From positions 20,088,001 through 20,152,000 of the forward strand of contig CP075492.1 of assembly GCA_021613535.1 (NCBI GenBank): 64,000 nucleotides of DNA, read 5' to 3'. This DNA comes from Adineta vaga. Its lineage: Eukaryota; Animalia; Rotifera. Shown here piece after piece: positions 12,424 to 24,580 of this stretch. Below the pieces are notes generated by a model that was given only the letters and a program-made list of their open reading frames with translations, had not been told where the DNA came from and did no database searches. The stretch's first letter is position 1, and each line of letters begins with the position of its first letter. The position numbers and the translations under genes were made by a program.

Positions 12424-13533
12424 ATGGCGTCTATTTCGCCGTCTTCTACTGATAATGAATCTTTTATACCAATGTTTCTTCGTCCACGAAATTTTGCATG
12501 GCAATTGAAATCGGCTGATAAATCGCAATTCGACAGTGAAGACCAATGGCAGCAGTACAGTAATATTGACAATGAAATTATAGAAGATGCATACAATAAG
12601 AAGAAATCAGATGTGGAAATCGATGATGACATTATTATAAATTTTACACTACAAATACAATATCAAAAGGGTAACGAGAAGAATCGATGTTCTGTCAAAC
12701 GTACTCAACTGACCAGAAGCAATGATAAGATTCATTTACGAGAAGAAAGATTTTCAACATGCATAACAATAACTTCTTCCGAAGAAGAAAACCAAAAAAT
12801 AGTAGATAGTGATGAACTTCCGGTTCTTCAAAAATCTTTTTGCTACAGCTATTTTTATAATGAAGTTATGGATAAAGGAAAAACAATTGCTGATGTGATC
12901 GAAGAAGCTGCTCGTGGAATACTAAAGGAAGGAAGATTAGTAGGTAAGCCACATCAAGCAGAATGGCTAGCTGAAAAACTCATGGCAGTAAAGCGACTAG
13001 GTGATAACATTGGAGCATCTCTTAGATCTAAAGAAATTCCATATGCTATAAGTCAAACATGCATTTATCTGTATACGTTAGACTCATTCTGGTACCAACG
13101 ATTTAATCATGTTCTTCGTGAGTGGACAATAACCACTCGTGAACAAATCAAAACATATGGACCATTCTGCCTTCTACTCATAAATTCTGTAATAGAATTT
13201 GGTGTGAAAGAATATATAACAGTTTACCGTGGTGTTAATCTTACAAATGAGCAACGTCAGAAGTTCATAGATGATTACATAAGATTCGAATCGTTCACAT
13301 CAACTAGTAGAAATCGAACTTTAGCAGAGTGGTATGGCAATACTCTTCTTATTCTGAATATTGACGTTAATCGTGGTTTGTTAAGACCATATGTCGGAGC
13401 AGATATTTCATATTACTCTAATTTTCCTCAGGAAGAGGAATTTCTGTTACTGCCTGGTACCGACTTTTTCTGCGACAAATATGAGTATAACACTGATAAT
13501 GAGAGACATATTTTGTATTTATATAATCGCTAA
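12424..13533 (+). CDS. WWE-domain + R-S-E clade mono-ADP-ribosyltransferase
   Basis: N-terminal WQ..QWQQYSNIDNEIIEDAY (WWE-like). ART motifs YLYT, VYRG, FTSTS and FPQEEEFLLLPG. Intronless; ATG at 12424. Confidence 0.85.
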   Translation: MASISPSSTDNESFIPMFLRPRNFAWQLKSADKSQFDSEDQWQQYSNIDNEIIEDAYNKKKSDVEIDDDIIINFTLQIQYQKGNEKNRCSVKRTQLTRSNDKIHLREERFSTCITITSSEEENQKIVDSDELPVLQKSFCYSYFYNEVMDKGKTIADVIEEAARGILKEGRLVGKPHQAEWLAEKLMAVKRLGDNIGASLRSKEIPYAISQTCIYLYTLDSFWYQRFNHVLREWTITTREQIKTYGPFCLLLINSVIEFGVKEYITVYRGVNLTNEQRQKFIDDYIRFESFTSTSRNRTLAEWYGNTLLILNIDVNRGLLRPYVGADISYYSNFPQEEEFLLLPGTDFFCDKYEYNTDNERHILYLYNR

Positions 13534-13551
13534 AGATCCATGTTAAGAACT

Positions 13552-13688
13552 GGGTGAGCGTGGATGGGTATGTTTCTGTCAATTCAACTAGGTATCATCC
13601 ATTTTCCATTACGGTTGATATTTATCTCTTTAAAAATAAGAATATTGAGGGTGTGGGTGTGGGTCTTTTTTCTTAACTACACTCTCAT
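13552..13688. repeat. Two telomere-like G-rich arms with a degenerate C arm
   Basis: gggtgagcgtggatgggt (13552) and ttgagggtgtgggtgtgggt...cactctca (13645-13688). Confidence 0.75.
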
Positions 13689-14249
13689 TTTGATGGTTTT
13701 GAACTTTTGATTAAATATATTTTTCATCATGATTAGAATTAAAACAAGTACATCACATATAGTGCTAATAGAAAATGACACGTTCAATCACATTTTCGTT
13801 CAGATTGATTTTTTAAAAAGATATTATTGATTCGTTTGATTTTTTTGAGAAAATAAAGTGCTGAATAAAACTATATCAATAAGTTTTAGATATGAAAATA
13901 TTTGGAAACAGATATTTAACATGTTATATCTTCTCTTCTTACTCATCAGAATAAATGAACTATTCAATGATTACAAGAAAACATAGATATCGCACTATCG
14001 AATCTTCAAAATTTTCAACAAAAAAATGTAATAATAAGAAGATATTTAAGAATAATACAATTCGGATGATCTGGCAACCCTGCTTTTTTATGTAAAAGAC
14101 AATAATTTATTTGATCAAAATCAACTATGATGACAGAATGTTTAGTGATTAGTGGAAATATTACGAAACAACCGATGTCAATAAGACAAAATGTTTCGCA
14201 AGTTTATTTAATTTCGAAAAACATATGAGAGAGAGAGAATGGAATAGTT

Positions 14250-14660
14250 TCAGACTTGCTGTCTACGCTTTATTTTCTCCATTATCGGCGTTATATCAGC
14301 GAAGACATCGTACCGTTGCATCTTTTGTTCTTCAGATGTTTTATGAAAAACACGTAAACCGCGTAGACGAATCACTTCCGGATCACCCTTAACTTTGAAT
14401 GAGACATATATAGTTTGATAAATTCGATCAGGTAGAACATCAACATGTTCAGTTTCATGTTCCAGCATGTCTACTTGATCAAAGTTTGCTTTGAAGTTTT
14501 GAATCAAGTTGTGATGACCTTTGACAGGAGGATTGTTAGCGTACTGCATAACTGCGTCCTCAGTAAAGAATTCAGTAACAAATTTTTCTGCATTCAAGGA
14601 GCTATTAACTTCATGAAATCGTTCGAGCCACTCGAGTGCTTCTTGCTTTGCTTGCGACAT
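14250..14660 (-). CDS. SnoaL-like / NTF2-fold protein
   Basis: FFTEDAVMQYANNPPVKGHHNL...LEHETEHVDV...YDVFADITP pattern; ~136 aa, intronless. Confidence 0.75.
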   Translation of the reverse strand: MSQAKQEALEWLERFHEVNSSLNAEKFVTEFFTEDAVMQYANNPPVKGHHNLIQNFKANFDQVDMLEHETEHVDVLPDRIYQTIYVSFKVKGDPEVIRLRGLRVFHKTSEEQKMQRYDVFADITPIMEKIKRRQQV

Positions 14661-15139
14661 TCGTTTGTTAATATTACCAAGCAATTTTTATATTGACACT
14701 TTATTTTCGTTTTGTTATTACCATCATGTGACGAGAGAGAAAGAAACTATTTATATGCTCGATAAAGGAGAAATCAAATAACAGAATGAAAAAGAGTGAA
14801 GGTTTACTCATATTTCTAAAGGGTAGAAAGTATACATAAGTGTACCGCATGAACAACTCTTATTTTGCTTCAAATACAAAAATTTTACCTATCCCGTAAG
14901 ATACTAAACCATTTTTCTTTGATATTTTGATGTGGTTGCATAGAGATCGTCAAATTCTAAGAGAACATATACTGTTAAGTATCAATTGAGTTGTTTTTAC
15001 TGAAGTATGTTGCTGTTGCTGTTATTATAAGATTTCTTCGGCCATGGAAAATGAGCCAAACACATGAACCAATCAGATTGAAGTCCATACTTTAATGTTA
15101 TTACTATGGCTTAAGCCGCTCGTTTGTAAATCCTAATCT

Positions 15140-16292
15140 TATTTGAATATCTTCATCATTTTCAATTATATGAAAGTTTTTTCAATCTTATAATCAACGT
15201 TTTCAAAATCTTTTCATCAATTCAAGTTCTTCTATTATAATATTCATCTTGATTGAATATCAAAATCAACATTTATATCATATTATGAAAATATTATTCT
15301 TCCAAATCAACATCGAATTCAATCACTTTATTTAACAAATCCATTTCTTATTCAATTATTCCCAAATTCATTCAACTTCAAACATTGATTATTGATGATA
15401 TTTCATCTGATCATCTGGATCAATTTTTAAATGTTCTATTAGTCTTACCCAATCTTACTTCGTTAATCATTATTCACATCTGTTCTGAAGTCGGAAGAAA
15501 TCTTATGTATGAAAAAATCTTCCAACTATCTTAAATATGTTTTTCATCATCTTGAAATTTTATATATTTCAACATGGAATGATAATCCTTATCGGTAAGA
15601 ATTTATTTCCATTATGTAATATAAAATGAAAGTTTCTGGTTTTTTTTTCTTTAAGAAAAAACCCATTTTACAATATATGTGCATAAGGACAAAATACAAA
15701 TAATTTGTTTATTAATGGAAAAATTCAGCCGAGTTCAGTTTATAATATTGAAATGAAATACTCAAAAACCTTGATTAATGATATAGATTACTCTTCAAAT
15801 GTCACACAATTTGTTTTGCACCGTAATGGATTTTATAAGAAAGAAAAATATATTCCACCAGTTATTTTAAAATATCTGTTTCCTCTGGAACAATGTTACT
15901 GAATTCTACACTTTCGTTTCTTTATGATTATTTCAAAGATTTTATTCAACTAATTATGTCCTTATACCAAATATTCGAAAATTAAAGCTTTATGAATTGA
16001 GAAATAATGTAGAACGTTTGGATTCAATCCACTCAGATGAAAATTTCTAAACAGTATGAGCTACAAACAAAATAATCGATGTGGAAATGCAATTTGTGGT
16101 ATAAAATCATCAGAAGTTGTCGAATATCTATTATCACAAACAAATGATTACAATCGAAATCTACACTTAATATCGATGGATTGTCGTGATTCGAAGTTCC
16201 TCTTATACTGCATAAAACATCTGATTCAACCATACGCAAAATCTATTGAATATTTGAAGATCTCCGATGAGACCTTTCATTTATGGTGGTAA
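15140..16292 (+). pseudogene. Degraded F-box/LRR-type gene
   Basis: Fragments FEYL..SFFNL, NQHRIQSLYLTNPF and VLPNLTSLII are interrupted by stops and frameshifts. Confidence 0.45.
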
Positions 16293-16559
16293 TCATATTC
16301 GGAAATATAAACAAGAATTTTACTATTTAAAAAAAGAGTGTGGATGTGAGAGAAAAATTTTGTGATTGTAATCAATAAAGCTCATCGAGTTCTATCTCGA
16401 ATCAGTGAGATCAGAGTTGATGGTGATATTTGGAAGATCAAGTCATGGAGTTACTCCAATAAACAAACTAAACGACAACAAATTGGCAAATTCAAATATA
16501 GATATGGACCAAAAACTGAAAAATAATATCAAGGATGATTATCCAATAAATGACGCCCA

Positions 16560-16625
16560 TTGAAGATGAGGATAAGGTTGTTAGTGAGGATCGACAAGTT
16601 AATCACACGCACACTCACATATCTT
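16560..16625. repeat. Telomere-like hairpin (degenerate)
   Basis: ttgaagatgaggataagg...tcacacgcacactcaca; another G arm at ~16336 (gagtgtggatgtgag). Confidence 0.55.
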
Positions 16626-16709
16626 TTTAAAATACATGATAGGATCGATTAATATTTGTCATTTATTTAATCTTTAATTAACTTCTGAATTTTCTTTTCT
16701 AAAATTGTT

Positions 16710-19700
16710 TCAAAAGGAATCTCCATAAAATGGATTTAAAAAATAACGATAGTTTCGGTTTCTTCGACATTGTCGGTCTTCCCAAAGTGTTCTACGACAA
16801 TAAACTACTAATCTTCCTCGATTTTGTAATGCAACTTCTTCAACTTTCTTTTCATCAATAAATTGCCGTAATGATCTTAATGCTTCATCTAAAGATGGTA
16901 TTGAATTGCATTGATCCATATCATTGTAAATTACTTCAGTTGATGTTGTTGTTGAAATTTGATTTTTTAGTAAAGCCATGAGTTTCTCTTTCTTGGTTGC
17001 TACGCCATCAGTATCACCCTCACTTTTTTCATATGATTCAAGTAATTGTAAAAAAACTGCACTAAATAATGCACCAGAACGGTCCGGACAATATTTACAC
17101 ATAATACCAGCAAAACCTTCCAATGACTTACAATTCAAAGCAGCAGGAATGGCAAGACGAACATTTTCCCAGGAATCATGAGCAATGACAGGTTCTTTTT
17201 CACCTAAAATATACATCAAATCTCTCTTTTTTCGATCAATTTTCTTCAATTTCCAACTTACTCTGCAATCTTCTATCAATGATAGATAAAATATTTTCTT
17301 TCTTCGGTAAATTTAATAAGCTTCCACTATTTGTATCAGAATAAATCATATAATAAAATGTAATCAATAATTCATATCTTAAAGTATTGTAATCTAAATG
17401 TTTTTCTATGTAATCTTCGTCAATTTGACAAAGATTTAACATCGTTCGAATAAAATCAGGTAATGGTAAGAGCAAACTTTTGATATAATTCATTTCGATT
17501 TCTTCATGTATTATTCGTGTACAATTTAGTTTGGTTACCTTTTCTGATGTAAATGGAATTGGTTGAGATGATCGATCATGGAAATAATCGATAAAACTTT
17601 CTTCAATAAAATCTGGCAAGTTGTTATTGATTGATGTGTTCGAATTATTTGTACTGGAAGTAGTAGTTGGTAAATGTTTCGCATTACAACCATAGACAAG
17701 ATTTTCTACAATTGTTTTAACTGTTGTTGTTGAATTCTTTGAATATTTTTTTAGATATTCTTGTCGAAGATATTCATAGTAAATTGGTACGAGAACAGAT
17801 ATAAGATCATTTCTTAAATAACCAATCATCAATGGTATAGATAAATCATACTCTTCAGTATTGCCAATAGGTAGTCGTTTCAATAATTTTTCATAGGTCT
17901 TCTCACCAAATTGTTCCGCCGTTTTAAAACCTTGGGATTCATCCACTATAAAACGACATACTTTTTCCAATTCAACTACGATTTGTTTTTGTCGTTGAGT
18001 ATTCGTACGTTGTTGAATAATTTCATAGAGTAGTTTTAAAAGTGCAACTTCCTGTTGTTTATCATATCCGCAACTATCTAACGTATAGAGATAACCAAGC
18101 CAGATGCCTTCAAGTATACGGATTCGTTTCATATGTTCATCATTGATATACAAAGGTATGACTGCATTGATTTGTTCATCGGCGAGAGCACCAGAGATCG
18201 AATAGAGATCATTCAGAGTAGTAAATTGTCCTTGCGCTTGCTGATTATTTTTTGCATGATTCATTCCATTGATAAATGAATCATAGGAAATAATTGTATT
18301 AGTCATCTTCAAAAGTTTTAAACCTTTCGCAGGATTACTAATGGCTTCTTCATCACGATGAACAAAAATACCCAGACATAAAATATTATCCGTTGATTTT
18401 CTCATAATTTCATAGATATCTTCATTGGAATAGGTATCCACCCAATCTTGTTTCTGTTCTTTGATCTGTTGCCATGCATCGGGTGTAATCGAATCTTTAT
18501 ATCCTTGTAATATCCCACTGATATCTGTTTTTTTGAAATAATCGACATTCTTATAGACTCGTAGTTCTAATTTTTTCTTTCGTTGCGTATTAGCAAAGAT
18601 TGGATCATGTCTCAATGCACTCAATTGCAATTTTACACGTTCAGGTACTTGAGTCATTTTTAATTGTGTAAACAATTGTCGATATTCTATCATACGTTGA
18701 TCGATTTCCTTGTAAATTTGTTCCGCTTCTAGACGTTCCGCAAAATTTTTGCTGTTTGTTATTTGAATATCATTTAAAGAGGTTTGAATTGATTTGACTT
18801 GTTCTTCGTTTTCCGGTTGGATAAGGTTCAATGCATGGAGAAGATGTATCGCCCGAATGTCTTTCATCGGTGCTAGAAGAAATTGTGTCGTTACTGATTT
18901 ATCATCAATGAGTGTCAATTCGGTAATCGTACTGAGATCATCATCATCGTCCATAAGAAAACCAACAGTTTCGTTATCGATATTATTTGCAGTATAAGTC
19001 TTTCCATTGAGAAATTTGATAGTGAATTGTCGAACATTGAATGCGTATTCAAACATATCATTAAAATTATTTTGTAATTCTTTGGATTCAGTTGAATAAC
19101 GAAAGACACCTTGTCGAGTACCAAATGTTCGAATTTGATTAAGAAATGTATCGTTTACTTCACCGAAACCGATCACATGAAATGTAATGGGTGGTGACTA
19201 AAAGAGAAAAAACAATATTGAATTATTTAAGAAATAACTGCAAAATGACTTACATTTGTCATTCCACTTAACATCAACTTTAGCATCTGAATACTCTTCT
19301 GCAAAGCTGCTCCATTTGGTTCATTATCTTGTCCATCAGTCATAAATATGAAGGTTATTGACTTTTTGATTGATGCATTTTGTAGAAGATAATCTTTGAT
19401 GGCAGTGAATATACTGGCAAATGATGTTCCACCACTAGTTTGAAGATTTTCATTTCGTTCCGATAATGTCTTTAATGTACGTTTGACATCTGTTTGAGTA
19501 TTATATGTGAATAGACGATAGTCTTTTTGTGTACGTTGATATATATCACGTAAAACTTCACAGACATTGTTTATAGGACTACCAGACATCGAGCCACTTA
19601 CGTCAACACAACAGACGATGTCGGCATCACTTCCAGCAGCAGCAGCAGTATTGTTATAGGTTCCTTGCGAACATGTAAGTTTGATTTCCACATAATTTTG

Positions 19701-19736
19701 ATGACTAGAAAATGGTAATTTCAAATATGCCGCCAT
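16710..19736 (-). CDS. Large VWA-domain protein, exons 19736-19254, 19197-17262, 17203-16710
   Basis: MIDAS motif DVSGSMSG, GGTSF, FMTDG and FHVIGFG. Two short in-frame GT-AG introns join three listed ORFs. Confidence 0.85.
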
Positions 19737-20106
19737 TGGTAATTCTTGTTTTGACAGACAAAAGAGTGAATCAATGAAAATAGAATTTTGCTATTTAAAG
19801 ACTCAAAATTTTGCAATCGTCTTGTGAAATGACTCAAAGGAAAAAAAACCAAAAAATAACTGATAAGATATGACGAACTTTATCTCTGGCATATTCCTAG
19901 CGCAAGAACAAAAACATTTTCATACGCAAAATCATATACGAATCAATTTCCATTAGTTATCAACGGCAAAAGTGCTGTAGATGAGAGATGAGGGTGAAAG
20001 ACAAGCTACCAGGACCAGTTTCGTCATTTATGAGATGACTCATCACATAGCTTATATCTTAAAAGTGATCAAATTTTATTCGAATTAATCAAATGCAAAG
20101 ATAAAT

Positions 20107-20181
20107 TTGAGAGTGTGGACGAGAATATTCTTCTTTACCAACACTCACGTACTCACATCTACTCTCACTCTCACTTTCAAG
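20107..20181. repeat. Telomere-like hairpin (degenerate)
   Basis: ttgagagtgtgg...cactcacgtactcaca..ctctcactctcactttcaag. Confidence 0.65.
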
Positions 20182-20211
20182 GTTTTTCAAATTGATTGAT
20201 ATTGTCAAGAA

Positions 20212-20572
20212 TCAAATAGATGCTGGTTGATTTCTTTCAGAATAGTAATATAATTCGGCACTATTACCAATACTATCTCCATCAACCACAAGCACCTCTC
20301 CATTAGATAACAGAAATATTCCTTGATACTCGCGTGCATTCGCCATATTCTCAACTAGTGTCCAGATTCCTGTCGATGGATCATATAATTCAGCAGTTTT
20401 TATATAGTTGCTCGTATTCGAGCATGAATAACTTGAGGATTGTGTAGTTTGAGCTAAACGAATATTTTGAATTATAAAATAAATTACAATGATTTGAAAT
20501 AGTTTTTGCAAAACCTATCTGAATGGAAAGATAAAGAATAAAATACCCAATTTTTACAAACAACGAAACCAT
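20212..20572 (-). pseudogene. Kelch/galactose-oxidase-type repeat fragment with signal-like leader
   Basis: TAELYDPSTGIWTLVENMANARE..LLSNGEVLVVDG..NSAELY; only about one repeat remains. Confidence 0.65.
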
Positions 20573-20943
20573 TTTTCATACAATGAATAAAGAAAAAACA
20601 ACATTATTTTGTCTGACTTAATAAAATGTCTTCAAATTTTATTTATAAATTTTCATGATTTACATTTTAATGACTTTTTAATTGTTACTTTTTTCCTATT
20701 CGCACAGGAGAAAAATAAATTATTGATTCTGTTTCAAAAGACGAAAAAATGAAGAACATGTAGATATAAGTATTGATTGATCAATCGTTAGATGTAAAAA
20801 TTAACCTACGATAAAAAATATACAGATTAAGCCTTTTTATAGTCATATTATTTTCAAAGTTGTCATACAGATAGTATTGAGCTTGATATACTTTTGTATT
20901 AAATCTTTAGTTATTAAGAATATCGATAAATATATAAAGAGAA

Positions 20944-21021
20944 CACCCTCACTCTCACCCTCAAGATAAATAGAAGAGTACAACAATCACAAAACTCACA
21001 CCACCCAATCACACCCTCTAG
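20944..21021. repeat. Two telomere-like C-rich arms
   Basis: caccctcactctcaccctcaag and ctcacaccacccaatcacaccctctag. Confidence 0.75.
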
Positions 21022-21037
21022 CTACTTGATACGCCAT

Positions 21038-22762
21038 TTAAACTAACGAAACTTGACTTCCAAACCCCAAACTATGTGGCAGTATAACAAAGAGACGCCA
21101 TGGCAATGGAGCTGCATCCAAGTCAATATGAATTTCACGTTTTTCTTGTGTTCTTTCGTTTGTTACGCATAAGTGTCGTCTATCACAGTCAATTATGAAT
21201 TCAAAAATATCATTATGTTGAACAGTAGTCCATGTCTTTTGAACGATTTGTCCATTGAGGGTTGTATATCCGTCTGTATCAATCCCATATGCCGATTCTG
21301 TATAGTAGAAGCGTGAACCTTCAGTAAGAGTGAAGATAGAATCTTTAGGTTTGATGCTCTTCGAAAGAATACCCATGAATGCTGGTCCATATTCGTATTT
21401 TATTCAAATCCTATGCGCACCTTTTTCATACTGTCGAGAGTCAAGCATACAACCATTACGAGTTGGATTAGAGCCAGTACTGATTAAACCATAATTATAG
21501 CCTGTACGACCCTTCTCAAGTATTTCGATGTTTGCGCCATATTTCTCGTTGAATGATTCATCAATGACATCATGAATATTAAGTTGTTCAAGATTAGTCT
21601 TTTCTGATTCACTATAATTTTTATGAATTGATTCCATATTTAGATACTGCTCAGGAAATTTTAATTGACGAACAAATCGAATAAAAGCCTTTTCAAAACC
21701 AATTGGCAGGGAAAAAATACGTTTTTTATTCGAATCTAATGACCATATTTGAAGTTGCTCGTGAAGATGTTTAAAAAGCTAGAAAGGATTTGTAGAAATA
21801 AACTATATTTCGTTGGTAAAGTAGAAACAAACTTACTCTACCGTCATAATCCAACAGTATGTTTCCATTTTCATCTTTTTGCAATTGGTTTTCGTCTAGA
21901 CGAGAAAATAAATTTGACAGAACTGTACCATCAATCAAGATAAGTGCTTGTCTGGATGTTCTTAATAATTCACCATTGATATTCAAGTTAATATCAGATG
22001 AAATACTAGGTAAAGATGGCAAAGTAGGAGTATTGTCAGATTTTTTTTCTCCTATTTCACGAAGATGAATAATGCATAAGCCGCCAGCATGATCTATCGA
22101 ATCTGAAACGACATAAAGACGAACACCCATGGGAAGAATAACTTCACGTTCATTCAGAAAATTCGTATATCCAGCAATATTACAAGCATTCAAAGCTTCA
22201 ATCAAAAACATAGTACCACTTTGACCCATAAATGTTTTAATGACATCAACTTCAAGAGAACACGAAGTCACACCCCACCAAATCAGTTCTTCTCTACAAG
22301 ATATTTCTTCTCAATAGAATTTAATTTAATAAACGTAGCTTACCCTTTCTTGTTGTCTGTGGCTGTCAATGCCTTGATTCCTCTCCAAACATTCAACTTG
22401 AGGATTGGTAACTTTTTCACGGCTGTATTGAACAATTTGAGAAATTTGAACCATGGCTTGAGAGACTGACGATCTGCATTGCGAAGTTCAACATTGAGAA
22501 TCCGATATAAACTCTGTTCACCCCAATCCATTGTGTAGAGAAAAATAGCTGCTGATTCATCGTTTGTAAGACTGTGTTCATTTGGATAATAACAACTTTT
22601 CTTAGCCACTTCGATATAATCAGACAATGCATCGATTCGTGATTGAATAGCGTCGAGTGCTCCCTCAAGGGGAACAAGCGGTTCACTCTGATAACCATAA
22701 ACAGGACCTAATTTTTTGTCATCCGATGCTGCGCTGCCATCGACAAAACGAAAGGTAGACAT
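21038..22762 (-). CDS. ADP-ribosyltransferase + KCTD-type BTB + SPRY-like domain protein; one in-frame TGA at 21404-21406
   Basis: AIFLYT, VWRG, WWGVTSCS and NEREVIL (ART). INLNINGE..TSRQAL..DENGNILLDYDG (BTB). FMGI..DIFEFIIDCDRRHL..PWRLFV (SPRY-like). Introns near 22343 and 21835. Confidence 0.72.
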
Positions 22763-24229
22763 TGTTTTCTCTTACACGAAAAACAGCTTTTTGTAATATT
22801 TGATGTTGTGATATGATATGATAGAAACAACAATATCTCTTCACTGTATATTTAAGAGAGAGTCCGCGACAGGAGACCCCTACTCTATGCATATCGCGTC
22901 GCGGAAAAAGATTTTTTTTTCGATTTTATTCTTTAAAACGAAAGGTCTAATGGAACTATGAAAAAGTCCAAAATATTACGCTTCTAGTTCTTTTCTTTAA
23001 AAAATGCCGCTTTACACAAGTTTTTGGGGTTAATTTTGACTATTAAAAATTGATATTTTGAGAACACCTCAGTATTTTTTGATTATTTCAATAACGGTTT
23101 GACCGTTCGAGCTCGAGGACGTTTCATTCGATAGAACTCCATGTAGGCTACAAATTGACTCTATTTAAATAATAATATTCTATGATATAAAAATTTCTGT
23201 AAGCAAAAAACGGATTAAAAAGTAAGAAAAACGTATTGGATATGGAGTAGTATTTTGGACTTTTCTCACGCTGTGTGATAGATACCATGCTGATTTTTTT
23301 ACCATAGATAGACCTGGTCTCGGCACACATTTTGATATAAGATAGTAAGGGTCTAAAACACTCGGAAAGCATAACTACGTAAATAATACTAAATTCAAAC
23401 TCACTCGTCAAGAATTTATTTGGGTAGTCAAAATAGCATAATCTCTTTCAATATATTTTAGAATTGAGTTTAAATTGATTCTTAAAATATAAAATGTGAT
23501 GAGATAAACACTTTTTAAATGATATTTCACTAGAATTTCATGTGTTCATACCTAAGAATCTATCATTCTTACATACATCAGATATACGCTCACTGTTTTG
23601 AGTATAGTTCAAGAATGGTAATAGATATCGAGGTCGGGTTTTCAACATTTAGTAGTTTATAGTTTATGATATGTAATGCTCCAAGAGAATGTATATATCA
23701 TATACTTTAGAAATCTATCGGTGTTATCAGAATAATAACTTGAATCCTAATCGATACTTTTATAAATTATACATTTTCTCGTTATTTGTGCAGTCGGCAT
23801 ATAAGCGTGAAAAGATAAACGATTACTGGAAAGCTGAAGGAAAATATGGATCTAACTTTCGATTTGTAAGAAATAAGTGGGAACAATTCATGTTCTATGA
23901 ATAACATTGCAGCCCTACTAGTGAAATTAAAACGGCGAAATAAAGATTATGCATGAACTAATCAGAAAATGTTTTGTTAAAAAGATTGTAAGCACAGATA
24001 TCTATTGCAAAATAACGTTAAATCGATGTATTGAAATGTCTACATGTAGTCATTGCTAACTTTTGATGAAAACTCAGTCTCAAGTTTAGATAAATTTTAG
24101 GAATAATCTTAGAACTTTCGTGAAATTTGAAAGATTGATGATTCAGCATGAATCTCTGTGACTTGTATAAGTTTTCGTTATACAGAAATATTTTTTGTTA
24201 AAAGAAACGAAAAAAAAAGCCTTTTTGTT

Positions 24230-24580
24230 TCACTGATCACTTCCAGATTGAAGAATGTTTTCGCCCATAGAATGTAAATATCTGAGTTGAGTAATTTCCA
24301 TTTCTGAATCAAAGTCATCGGTTTGTTCATCCAAAATTTCTGTTTCATCCGAATCTTCAGTATCGATTATCGTTTCCTTTTCGTTGTCCATTGTATTTTT
24401 ATCGACTGCACTATTGTTGGAGTTGCTTGAAAGTTGTGTCGATGGCTTTGACCGAGGTTGACTACCTTCTTTACATCGCTTTGCTTTCAGTTTGGAAAAG
24501 TAGGCTTTGATTTGTTCAGGTGATAATAAATCATTTTCATTGAAACGAGGTTGTCCATTTGATTCGGCAAAAACCATTTC
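24230..24580 (-). pseudogene. C-terminal exon of a probable DNA-transposon protein
   Basis: GQPRFNENDLLSPEQIKAYFSKL followed by an acidic tail; preceded by an acceptor. Upstream exons not found. Confidence 0.35.

Noticed and set aside
14071-14082. hAT-like TIR (cagggttgccag on the minus strand)
   Set aside because: No partner end or transposase found.
5145-21021. A true telomere or Athena/Terminon retroelement ends
   Set aside because: Tracts are only 2-4 repeats, internal and inverted. No reverse transcriptase ORF or hammerhead was recognised nearby.
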